From NCBI GenBank assembly GCA_053919585.1, contig CM132784.1: a stretch of DNA of 64,000 bases. One strand, written 5' to 3'. This stretch comes from Euprymna scolopes (Eukaryota). Positions within the stretch are counted from its first letter, which is position 1; the number at the start of each line of letters is the position of its first letter. Made by a program: the position numbers and the translations under genes. Positions 37,546 to 49,559 of the stretch are shown piece by piece. The notes beneath the pieces were generated by a model, which did no database searches, had not been told where the DNA came from, and saw only the letters and a list, made by a program, of their open reading frames with translations.

Positions 37546-37974
37546 ATAGATAAAACATAAGCGAACAAATATATATACAGGGAGCGACTTTAGGGAAAAA
37601 GGAATAGACTAAAAATAAATGAATAGGTTATAATTATCAATAATTTCGGAACTTTTTCAAACCGAAGAGATGAATCCTTTGACGCAGTGAAACAAACGGC
37701 GTCGGGAATAATGAAAGCAAAACGCGAAACGATCACTTTGTGCCATAAAATGCCGAAGACTTTTAGCACAAAAGTGATATTAGGTGCCTTTGTTGTGGCA
37801 ATAGATTGCTCTTAGGATAATTTGATGTGCGTTGGCATATTTCAAACCCGGGGTTGATACTTCAAAGTGTTGTTGGGTATGTTACCCAAGTCAATACAAT
37901 AACTTGTATTAAATAAACATGAAAAAACAATACAATAACTTTGTATCAAATAAACATTAAAAAAAAACTGACTT

Positions 37975-38260
37975 GATGTTTTTTTTTTAAGTTTCTCATA
38001 AATTTTCTTTAGCTGGGACTAGAATACCCTACCGGATGCTAAAGAATCACGAGCTCACTCGGGTATTCCGACGGAGAGATCTTTTTAAGATTCTGGCCGT
38101 ATCTTTAAGTGCAATTGTTTGGATCTCTCTGGCACTTGGTTCACCGAGTGTATGCAGGTAGTTTTTGAAATTATTTTTCATAAGCCCAATTGCTCCTATA
38201 ATAACTGGAATGATGGAGGTCTTCTTTAGGTTCCAGTTTCTTTCAATGTCTTACATCCAA
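37975..38260 (-). mobile_element. 3' fragment of an R4/Dong-type LINE
   Basis: The reverse complement encodes DIERNWNLKKTSIIPVIIGAIGLMKNNFKNYLHTLGEPSAREIQTIALKDTARILKRSL, then a 3' UTR and A-rich tail. Confidence 0.75.
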
Positions 38261-39800
38261 GTTTATTTCGTTATCTTTGCGTTTTTTCGTTGTTTTGTGC
38301 AGGTTTCTGTGTGTATGAAGATATTTGAAACGTAATGTTTGCGATGCAGACTTTGAGTTCGATGTTCGGTCCGTGTAAGCTTGAAAACATTGACAATGCT
38401 ATAAAAACACTTATAACGGCTATAACATTTGCAAGTTGTCAGTAGCTGACAGGAAGGAGTAAAACAACAACAACAACAACAACAGCAACAGCAACAACAA
38501 CAACAACAACAACAACCACCACCACCACCACCACCACCAATGAAAATGAGAAAAATGCCAGGACTGGCATGGAGCATAGGAACTTTAATTTTGCTTCATG
38601 CCAGTAATAGTATTTTTTCTCTCCTCAAAATTTCAAAGGTCTGGCGCCTTTTTAGTTTTTGTATTTTCATTTTACTTGTCTGATGAAATCGAATATGATT
38701 GAAACGGTCTGCACATCGTAGTAAGATATGACTGTAATTACATAAAGAACAAAAATATAATTTGCTCTTTTTGATTGAGCATTATCAACGACTCTTGTTG
38801 AAATTCAATTATTCTTAATTTTTTTGATATCTTTCTACCTAGAATCATCTACAAAGTATAAAGACGATTGAAAATCTTCCAATTAAACACCATTTTTCCG
38901 GCAAACCTTTTATAAAACTTGTTTGAATCTAGTTTACGTTTTTTCAATAAAAAAAAACATGTCTCATTGATTTGGTTTTACATGGTTATGATTTCGACCT
39001 GCTGCATCTAACTTATGAAAATTTTAGACATGCTGGTAAATCGAATAATATTTCGGGTACAGTTTTCCCTTCTTCAAAATTCGAGAGAGCTGCCTGATTT
39101 TACTCTTTATTTTACTTCTTTTCAAATTCAAGCAATCACAAAATAATGGTGGTTTTGGGGTAGAAATATAATGCCTATGTACACGACATTGTTAATACTT
39201 CAGTTACTATGTAATAAATGTTAGTTTCGTCCTTATAGTTGCAGGGTATTACATTGACGTTTTCTTCCGTATGATGTATTTGTTTTATACTTGTGAAGTT
39301 GCGTTGCTTGAAAATGCTAACAGTTCTTGTGCCGACTTTAATAGTCAGTAATAATTTTATGTATAGAACTATGTTCATAAAATTCCTTAGTGTTAAGAAC
39401 ATTTTGCATATGTTTATATTGGCCGGTTTACTAAATAGTTTCTTGCATTGCCTTCCACATTTTTCTTCTTACCCGTAAAGTTATTCTTTCATGAAACTAA
39501 TCTTTTGTAATGGCTATAACACTATTCTGCCTAAAGTCCGTCTGCGTGTGGGATCTTCATCTTAGGCACCGTCGACTCTACTCGGAAGAACAACGAAAGG
39601 CTCATCTGTCCGGATCAATCAATTGTTAACTTAGACTTTAAGCTGTTCAAAAAAAATGATCGAGCGTCATACTAAAGCCTATTTAATTAACGTTATCGTC
39701 CTAAGACAATTTCCTAAAGAATATCACTAAGACAGAATGGTAGTTTTTGTGTTGGGATTAAGTTATGTACTCGAAACCATTTTAAATTAAATTTTATCCC

Positions 39801-39868
<68 letters not shown>

Positions 39869-40161
39869 CGGATTTTCAAGGTCTAACCCAAACAACGATC
39901 CGCCTGACAGCGATACTCGATTAAAACTTCCCAATTTATTGTTTTTTTTATTCAAGTGTGTCATTGATATACATATGTAATACTTCACAAATGAATAACT
40001 TATACTGTACTCACCGAAACCAATGACATCGAAGTTATCCTATGCATAGTTATATTTATTTTGTGCTTGAATATTTTAACAAGTAAGCAATTTGAATTTT
40101 AAACGTATCTCTATATGTGTATCTGTCCTCCACCTCTATTGCACATTATGTTTTATTATAA

Positions 40162-40418
40162 CCAACCCATTTGGTTGAATAGTAAGAGTATTCGCTAATA
40201 GGCCAGGAGACCGGACTTCACATTTCGGTTGACTCATACGAAACATTTATAAAGACTTGATTCATCCTTGCTATTATGAGGGGAGAATCAAAGGGAATTG
40301 GAGCAATCCTGGGAATAGAAATGCAACTTCGCTGGTACTTCTGTTTAGCAGCTAATAAAAGGGAGTCTTTAGATTGCCCTCGACTATAGTAGACTACTTA
40401 GCTTAGCTTTTAACTTTA
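40162..40418 (+). mobile_element. Old tRNA-derived SINE
   Basis: A-box-like tggttgaatagtaagagt, degenerate B-box, body ctcatacgaaacattt..cttgct..tcaagg, tail ccctcgactatagtagactactta(gctta)n. Confidence 0.55.
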
Positions 40419-41961
40419 TTATTAATCTATTAATACCAATTCGCAAAAAAAGGATCAAAAATCCTATTTCACTAAAATTAATTTCAGTTACTTCGTAAAT
40501 AATTCACTCGTTTTTTCCTTTATGTCTGGGCAAGTTCGTATAGCTAAAACTGGTAGATTGGAATAAACTTTTTGTCTACCTTTTAAGGAATAATATATAG
40601 AAGCAATTTTTTACAACGTATGTGAGGAATTGATTCATTAGCAGAACAAAAATATAGGAAGTAAGATTAGTAAAAATGACGATGGGAGTAATCGTTGAGA
40701 TTTTTTTGAATTCTTAAACTAGAAAAATGCCTGACGGTCGGTTGACAGTTTCCGAATAATCAGCTACTGCCAATAGAGGAAATGCGAAAGTATTCAGTTT
40801 ATGTTAATTACTAAGAAAAAAGAATAGAAAGAGTATTTCTAATTTTAGGTCAATAAATTTAGGAGTCCGAGTTAGTTTGCAACAGTTTCAAGTTCGTGCA
40901 AGTTGACGACGGTTGCTTGCTTGCTTGGAAGTCAACCAGTAGAAATCAGAGATTGCAGTCAAGATCTGGCAGTGTTAACAAATGAGGAGCAGACTTGGTC
41001 AACCGCCGCATAGTAATAGCCCAGAAATTGAACTCTGATGTGCACGTTAGCGTTTGGAGAGTAGTTTACAGCGATATTATCACATACACATAAGTCTACA
41101 CAATGTGTGGGAATCTGTGTGTTTTTTGTGAGTTTGTATTGGTATATTTTATTTTTTGTACAAGTGAGCTAGTGCTCGCACCCTCGGCGATCGCCAAGAA
41201 AACATGGCCAACACGAGAAAAAATATGAATGTGAAAAAAAAACTTAACATACAGCAATGTTGTGAGAGGACGCTCATCATGACTTCACATATAAACAAGC
41301 CTTAGTTTATGAAGTGAGGAATTGGTTTTAAAAAGCCTTTTATTACAGCATAATAGGCCGTAATGTAAACAAAAAAGAACAGAAAAAACATGGATAAAAT
41401 ATTTAAAAATATTCTCATTTATATTCTCGTAGATTATACGACTGAGGCGAATCAAAAGTTTGCTGTCAAATAAAAAAGAAAACGAGGAAATATTTTCAAC
41501 GTCATTCATGCTAAATCGGAATGACAGACACTCGTTTGGATCAACGGCGCTTCTTAATATCCTCTCGTGTCTAAAGTCCCGGTCTTGAGTGACCGGGTTC
41601 ATAAAAATGCCGAAATGAACAGTTAGCGCGCTAAATTTAGTCCTAAAGAGAATTTATAGCCGGTTTTCTAGGCGCAACGAACGACGCACGCGGCAAGCGA
41701 CCAACGTGAAAATGATGCGGTTATGTGCTTAAAACTGGGGAAAAACCCATATGAAAATATGGACGAATGTATTTGGAAGATGAGCGGTGCAAACATTCAC
41801 ACAATGATAAGGGTGCATGCATACGCACACATACTAATAGATAGACGTATGTATGAATATGTGTTCAAATAGAAATATATTGGTTTAAAATGCGTAATAA
41901 ATACTTACACGAATCCTAAGGCGAATGGATGTAACGCACACGTACCAAGATGCACACACGA

Positions 41962-42021
<60 letters not shown>

Positions 42022-42028
<7 letters not shown>

Positions 42029-42153
42029 TTTTATATTTTATTACCGTATCTTTCTGTTAAGTTACATTATTGTTTCAGCTACTCGGCCGTTTTTTTGGCC
42101 GTCTGTAGTGTAACTTAACAGAAAGATACGGTAATAAAAGATAAAACGCATAT
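42022..42153. repeat. Near-perfect ~45-bp-arm hairpin followed by a Penelope-like tail (tattgagcact)
   Basis: tatgcgttttat.ttttattaccgtatctttctgttaagttaca is mirrored at 42108-42153. Confidence 0.75.
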
Positions 42154-42205
42154 TTGCTCTACAACAGTATTGAGCACTTTCTTCAGTTTTTATTAATTAC
42201 CATTC

Positions 42206-42246
<41 letters not shown>

Positions 42247-42280
42247 TCCTCGCGCGCAAGAGCATGACAGAAATATTTTA

Positions 42281-42338
<58 letters not shown>

Positions 42339-42974
42339 GAATAACAATAACAAAGACTTTCGCTGGCGAGGACTACTATTAAGCGTAACCAGTTATACAG
42401 TCCTTTGGAAATTTTCATCTATTTTTTTCTCGTTATCTACTGAATATTTTTAATGAAACCTATATAAAATATGTTTCTTATCAAATAGTAAAGATTTTCT
42501 ATTCTGTAAGAAGTTAAAAAAATTTAATCTTAAAAAGTTAGTTTAAAGTTTTTGTTAAAAAATTCAAATTTTCTCATTATTCAGACATGTAGGACAAAGA
42601 AGGAGTTGCAAAAAAAGAGTTGTGGTATGAGAAGAAATACAAACTGAAACAGAGAGAATATTCAGACATGTATGACAAAGAGGGGATTGCAAAAATGAGT
42701 TGTGGTGTGAGGAGAAATACAATCTGCAATAGAGAAATACATGCAAAACCACACTCATTTTTTGTAAATCTAAATTAATAAATAAAATAAAATATAATCT
42801 TAAAAAGATACGATACATTTCAACCAAGGCAGGAAAATTGTTAAACAAAATGTTTTTACTATAGGCTTTAAAAATAAAGGTACAAGATTCAATTTGAAAT
42901 TTATTTATCTTCAAAGTGCACTTTTATACATTTTACAAAGTAAGGTATTAAATTTTTATACCTTTCTTTGTAAA

Positions 42975-43024
<50 letters not shown>

Positions 43025-43234
43025 CCGGCAAAAAGAAAGTCTGCACTTGAAATTTTTTAAAAAAAACTGCAAATTTAAGTTAAATTTAATGTAACTGTTT
43101 AAACGAATGAATCGCCCTTATTATATATGGGGCGTATTTATTGATATATTTATATTATTAAATATTATTTACGTTCGGGAAGTATACACAGAGAGATACA
43201 CACACAGGGAGACATTTTCACTTTTATATATAGA

Positions 43235-44556
43235 TTAGGATTTCAGCCCGGTTTGGAGGTGTATGTTGAGCAAAAAAAAAAGTGGTAATAGGAAGGCAGG
43301 CTCGAACCCCTACCACGAAGGAGGAAAAGAACAGGAAAACAAACCTGACATCTTTGCTGTTACGACCACCGCTAAACCGGAAGTGACGTAGGTTTTAATA
43401 AAGGCTAGACAATCGAAAAGAGGGGATGACTTTAAAAAATAGCGGCGAAAAAAGCGACTACCTTCTGTAGAAAATGGGCTCAGTGGACGGTGAAGAAATT
43501 AATATTTTTAGTAAATTTTTCGGTATTTGTCGACTGAAGGGTCGAGCTTCCAAACAATACTAATCTTGTTAAAATTCGTCGCCTCTGTCGAAAGTTTTAG
43601 GCAGACATGTAAACATACATATATATATATATATTTATATATTAGTAGCTTAAATTTTCGACCCAAATCGATAAAAAAGCTACCCTTTATGTAAAATTTC
43701 AAAATTTAGACCAGAAATTGTCTGAGTAATTTGGTAGAGACTGCAGTGGTCAAATTTCTTTTAACTTTGACCCCTATTATAGCCCCTTTACATTTATTGT
43801 TTTGGATTGAAATCAAGTTATTAAGTTAGATCCATGTCCAAGGAACCTATATCTAAAATTTCTATTTTTTAGACCCAAAATTACCGGAGGAGAGTTCTTT
43901 AAAGTCAAATCGTTGAACTTTGACCCCGTAACAGAAAAATTTCTGGCCGAAACCCGATGACAAAGATTTTACCAAATCTCAATACTCTGTATATCAAAGT
44001 TCGAGTCTGTAGACTGAAAATTGTCAGAGTTATTACGTAGGGAAATGTACACAGAAAGGTAGATAGACACACACAGACACTTTCACTTTTATAGACATAC
44101 TAGCATGTGTGCCCGGCGTTAGCCGGGTGTTTCGAGATGTATGCTGAGCAAAAACAAATAAAAACAAAAAAAAGTAAATTTTTAAAAATTTTACCCCTAT
44201 TATGACCCCTTAACATTTATTGTGTTGGGCTCACATAAAGTTATTAAGTTAGATCCATGTCCAAGGTACCTATATCTAAAATTTCAAGTGTTTAGACCCA
44301 AAATTGTCGGAAGAGTTTGGTAGAGTCCTCAAAGATCAAATCGTCAAACTTTGATCCCGTTACAGCCAAATTTCTGGCCGAAAACCGATCACATAAATTT
44401 TCCCAAATCTCCGTACGCTGTATATCAAATTTCGAGTCTGTAGACCTAAAATTGGGAGAGTTATTTCGTAGGGAAATGTACACAGACAAACAGACACACA
44501 CACAGACACACACACAGACACACACACATACACGTTCACGTTTATAGATATATAGA
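43235..44556 (-). mobile_element. Head-to-tail tandem of non-autonomous Helitron-like elements (family H3): 43235-~44097 and 44100-44556
   Basis: 5' ends (rc tctatatataaaagtgaaa..gtgtgt) at ~43234, ~44095 and 44556. CTAG plus cccggcgttagccggg hairpin at 44100-44128. Homologous to 58107-59008. Confidence 0.75.
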
Positions 44557-45299
44557 TTATTATTATTATTTACTGTAATAGTGCAACACTTTCCATTGGT
44601 ACATTATCTTTTTGGTCTTTTCATTTTAAAAACCTTTTTATGTAGTATAAGACAAGGCTTGTGTCACCGCTGATATGTGCGCACTTGGGATAGTTGTTGC
44701 TGTTGTTGTTTGCTGTTGTTGTGTTGTTGTTGTTGTTGTTGTTGTTCTTTTTATTTCTCGTCTTTCTCCTTATTCATTTTTTTTTTCTTCTTCATATTAT
44801 TAAACCAGTAACATTGCAATAATTGTCCATAGGAATGCCAAGTGCGGCATGAATACAATAATATCAAAGGACAAATCGAATCACACAATTATGAATTTTC
44901 GTACAATTTCGAATATCCAAACAATTGTTTGAAACGCCATAAAGTCGTTTCCTTTCACAGAAACACGCATGCGTGCTGATTCTGTGTCTGTTTTCCTTTT
45001 TCTCTTCACTCTTCTAATTTCAATGGAATATTCCAACTCTTCTGGTAAATCTAATTGTGTGCAGTAATTCATAAACCTTTTGTTCTCACTCGTCTCGCAC
45101 CCTTTTATTCTTGTATTTCAAACATGAATGACTCGGCGTTGCCTGGATATAAATTATGATGAGGAATTTTGTACTGATCCACATAACACCGCAGCAGCTC
45201 GATTGTCGGAAAGAAACAAGGGACATTTAACACAGCTTTATAGCAAGATGTAACAGTTTCTTTATTCGCTTTCGGACAATATTGAATAATACTCTCGAT

Positions 45300-45782
45300 C
45301 GGGGGTTCTCAACCGGGATCCACATGGACCCTAGTGGTTCATGGAATATTTCTGGGGGCCCACAGGCGAAACATAACAAAACTTATTATCATTATTATCA
45401 TAATTGTTATAGTTGTTGTACCTATTTACAATGCCTCCCCACGGGACAGAGTTAGACACTAGGGTCGTTTTTTTAATGCGGAGAAAAGTTACAAAAATAA
45501 AAAAAATTGTCTCAGTCGTGAAGGACTGCTCCTCCACCGAAAGAGAACAAGAAATGGAAGTGCAGCATCTGAAGAACAGATACTAGTTGTTGTAGAATAC
45601 TTTATTTGCATTAAATTAATTTTCATTTAAAAATAAAGCTTTATTATGTAATATTTCTTTGATTATTAAAACCTCAAAATTTATATGAGTGAAAAATAGA
45701 AGATGACCAATAGTTATGAAGGGGTCCACCAAGATAAAAAGAAGGGAAAAGGGGTCTATGAGTAAAAAAAAAAGAACCACTG
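45300..45782. mobile_element. hAT (Charlie-type) MITE
   Basis: Termini cgggggttctcaacc / agaaccactg. Imperfect 8-bp TSD ctctcgat / ctctagac, matching the NTCTAGAN target preference. Confidence 0.7.
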
Positions 45783-45999
45783 CTCTAGACAAAATATAAA
45801 TCAACATAGTTGGAAGTTTATGGTTTATAAGCATGGGCAGCTGTTGTTATACTCTCTCTCCCTATTGCGTGTCTGTCTGCACCACTTTTAATAGCAGAAC
45901 TCTCTTATAAATGCATCCTTTAACTTCATTATTAACCATCTGCTTGATTCCATTTTCTGTTTGTTCTTTTTTTTTATATAACATATCGACCATGTTTTG

Positions 46000-46490
46000 G
46001 TTATTATCCATGTCAAGTTGCAATACTTATCGCTTCGATGTAAAATATTCATAGTTTACTCACATCCGCGTGGATTTATACCCTCACTAATGTAATAGTG
46101 AACGCAATTGATCCTCTCCGAGTTTTTTTCAGTCCTGAATCTATTAAACGAATCACATGCGTCGACTGGATTTACGACATAACTAGGTGAACATTACTCC
46201 AACTAAATACAACGATCTTCGGTAACCTCCAACTTCAAATGATACTATATTCTTCTATTTGGTTATCAATGTTGGGATGCAATACTTATACGAAACGGTT
46301 CGATGTAAGCTTTTTTACTTCAACCGGCGGGAGGTGTGGCTTAATACTGTCATTAATAGTAGCAGTGAACGCAATCGATCCTACAGGAGGTGATCTCGTG
46401 TCGGCATTCATTAAACCAATCACATGCGACATAACTTAGCGAACATTACTCCAACTGAATACATCGACTTCGATAACATCATATTATATT
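46000..46490. repeat. Diverged tandem duplication (~260-bp unit)
   Basis: The blocks tgcaatacttat, gtgaacgcaat(t/c)gatcct, aatcacatgcg and gaacattactccaact recur about 250-260 bp apart. Confidence 0.75.
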
Positions 46491-46524
46491 TTTCTACTTG
46501 CCTTTAAATGCACCATGACATTTA

Positions 46525-46728
46525 AAGTAGAACCCCTGGATACGGTAGCCGTAGGATATTTTTTTTCAGGTTACAATGTTGAATACAATGCTTCTCGCCC
46601 CCCCCCCCGGTGGCGGTATTTGCTCCGCCCTACGGCGTCATTTATAATGTTATTTGATTATATACAAGTGTATTATATACTGTACTGCATTTCATTAATT
46701 TTTAATGCTGTATCCCAGGGTTCTACCG
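46525..46728. mobile_element. Tc1/pogo (Tigger-like) MITE
   Basis: TIRs aagtagaacccctggatac / rc cggtagaaccctgggatac. TA at 46523-46524 and 46729-46730. Confidence 0.65.
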
Positions 46729-46734
46729 TATACT

Positions 46735-48478
46735 AATTGCATCTTTTCCAAGATCTTTGCAGCTAATTCTACCCTTTATGACCAAGGCCGCTAACCCCCA
46801 GTATTTCCTTGTGTATGTGAAAACACGCTATGCGACTTACAAATATCTGTACGTGATGTTGCCAAGCTAATCCAAAACCTTGATTCCAGTAAAGCAACTG
46901 GCCCTGACGGCATTACAATTATAGTGCCCAAAAAGCTTCAACCGGAACTCGCGCCCATACTTACAAAGTTATTTAAGCGTTGTCTTAAGGAGAACTGCTT
47001 CCCAACACCTTGAAAAATTTCATCTGTATGCCCTGTATATAAGAATTCAGGTGATCGCTCATCTCCCTTTCAGTACAGATCAATAAGTTTCCTGTGCAGT
47101 ATGAGTAAGCTACTGGAATCTGTGTTAAATAGGGAAGCAGTCAACCATCTCAGCAAAAACAACCTTCTTAGTGACGTGCAATGTGGTTTACGTTCTGCTA
47201 GATCTACAGCAAATGTGCTTACAGTTATAGCTCATAGGATTAGCGAATCTCTCGAAGAAAGCTTCGTCTCTAGGGCAATTTCTCCTGACATATCAAAGGC
47301 CTTTGATAAGGTATGGCATAAAGGTCTAATTCAAAAGATCTCCAGCTATGGCATAGTTGGAAATGTATTAAGTTAAATCATTTCTCTATGATAGGTTCAT
47401 AAGAGTATTTGTTGATGGGCAGAAATCAGAATCTCACAGTATTAATGCTGGAGTCCCTCAAGGGTCCATCCTGGGCCCAATTCTCTTCCTAATCTACATT
47501 AATGATCTTCCAAATCACATCCTTACATCATTCGTAGACATTTATGCTGACGACGCTACAATCTATGGTAGCACACCTAAGACTGTAAACGACCAAGTTC
47601 TCTCTGATTCCTTCTCTTCTGAACTTGAGCATGTAGTACAATGGGGAAAGAGAATGCTAGTTACTTTTACTGCGTCTAAAATTATGTTTCTGCCTCTACA
47701 CCATCTACGCTCTAATGCCAATCTCGCATCGGTTGAAATGAATTGCACTCGTCTTTGGGAGTCTTCATGTTTTGACAAGCTTTTGGGCTTGGCCTTTACT
47801 ACTGACCTGAAATGGAACACGTATATCAAATCCATTGCTAAGGTCGTTGGAAAAATGGTGAAATCCTTCCACCGCTCCAGTAGATATCTCACTCCTAATG
47901 CAATTCTCTACCTATTTAAAAACCATGTACGGCCAAGGATGGAGTACTGTTGCCACATCTGGGCAGGAGTTTATCCATCCTTGACAGAGTTGAAAATAGA
48001 CTTCGTAGCTTAGTGCGGGATGTCCTTTTCTCTTCCCTGCAACCTCTTTCCCACAGAAAATACGTTGCGAGCTTGTTTCTTGTATATCGTTATTTTCATG
48101 GCAAGTGCTCAGCTGAGTTTCAATCTATTGTCCCTCCTAGCCAAACTTTCACGAAAAACATCTGTCTGGCCCAAACCACAATCAATAATTTCCCACAGTC
48201 TTTATCTGTGCTTAAACCTAAACGTAGATTCCATGAACAAAGCTTCTTTCTTAGAACTGTTCCCCTTTGCCTGCTTTCCAGCTGACTACAATCTGATTGT
48301 CTTCAAATCCAACGTAAACAAGTTCTTGATGAACAGTCCCCCTAAGTAATCCAATTTACAAAATTTCCACTTCTTATGTTTACTACTCTATAATCACATT
48401 GAATCATGAATACCCATTAACCCTTATCCTCGAGTGGACTCCGGGCCTTGATAAGTGGTGATTCCTGTGTAAAAAAAA
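46735..48478 (+). mobile_element. 5'-truncated CR1/Zenon-type LINE (family A copy 2), older and more disrupted
   Basis: Collinear with 12390-14099. DISKAFDKVWH, GVPQGSILGP, YADD and RPRMEYCCHIW. 3' UTR ends in an A-tail at ~48471-48478. Confidence 0.93.
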
Positions 48479-49166
48479 TCTTGACATCCTCTAGGATTCT
48501 AAAATATATAAGAAAATGTATAAATATGAAATTCCTTTAGTTGTTGTCCTTCTGCTGTTGCATTGTGATCTTCCTTTCATTTTCTACTTCTGTTTCTTTT
48601 TGTTCACTCTGTTGTTTTTATTTTTATTCTTCTTTTTTGTTTACATTGCTTTATTTCTTCGTTGTTATCATTCCCCTCTGCTTCGCGCACCTTCTGAAAA
48701 TATTTCTGTATTATTTAAGCAGTTCATAAGTTGAGAATACTACTTGAACAGATAAAGAGTTTTGAATAGCAAGAAAAACTTCACGTTTTACTCGTATAAG
48801 ACATTCAGGCTAAGAACGCCTAGCGTAATACGTATTTTCGTACAAAAATAATACCAAATATAAACATGTTGACAGCTCATAAACAGAAAATTAAATACTG
48901 TTAACCTTACACATAGTGCCATACACATCAATATCACCCCAACAAAAAAACCTGGTGACAATTTTTTTAAAAATACGGGTACTATTATTTATTTTTTTGG
49001 AGTTGGGAGAGGCTTCTTAACCCTTACACAGTATTTTTTTTTTGTTTTGTTTTCGTTAGTTTTTGGGAACCGCTTCCAACCCTTACACAATGCCATTTTT
49101 TGTTTTGATTTCATTTGTTGACAGTCAAACAAATTATAAAAAAATATTTTTATATAAAACACATTA

Positions 49167-49225
<59 letters not shown>

Positions 49226-49559
49226 AAATGTGTGTATGTATGTTCGCTTTTTGTGTATGTCTGTGAAAGGCTTTTTTCCGAGCAGCGGTCGATCGGCTCT
49301 CAACTTCTTAAAACTTTTTATATCACATATAAATCATAATCTACGAGTTAACAACGGATGTCGCCTGTCTATTTAATTTGCTCGAATTTGGAAAGATGAA
49401 TATTCAACATTTTTCGCTCGCCGCATGTGGATTAGGTTTTTTCGTATAATAAAAGCGACACTAATTCTGGCAGCATTTCTCCGGTCGCGATCGCCGGAAA
49501 TGCCCGAAAACAGTCAGATTTGATCAATGTGGAAATATTTTCCTTATATCAGATATATT

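Noticed and set aside
38676-38720. Hammerhead ctgatga-aatc..gatt-gaaacggtc
   Set aside because: The core is recognisable, but stem III has a 1-nt loop and stem I does not pair. At best it is a decayed copy.
44881-45072. 63-aa minus-strand ORF with basic NLS-like stretch as a host exon
   Set aside because: No recognisable domain or clear splice boundaries, and it is too short to support.
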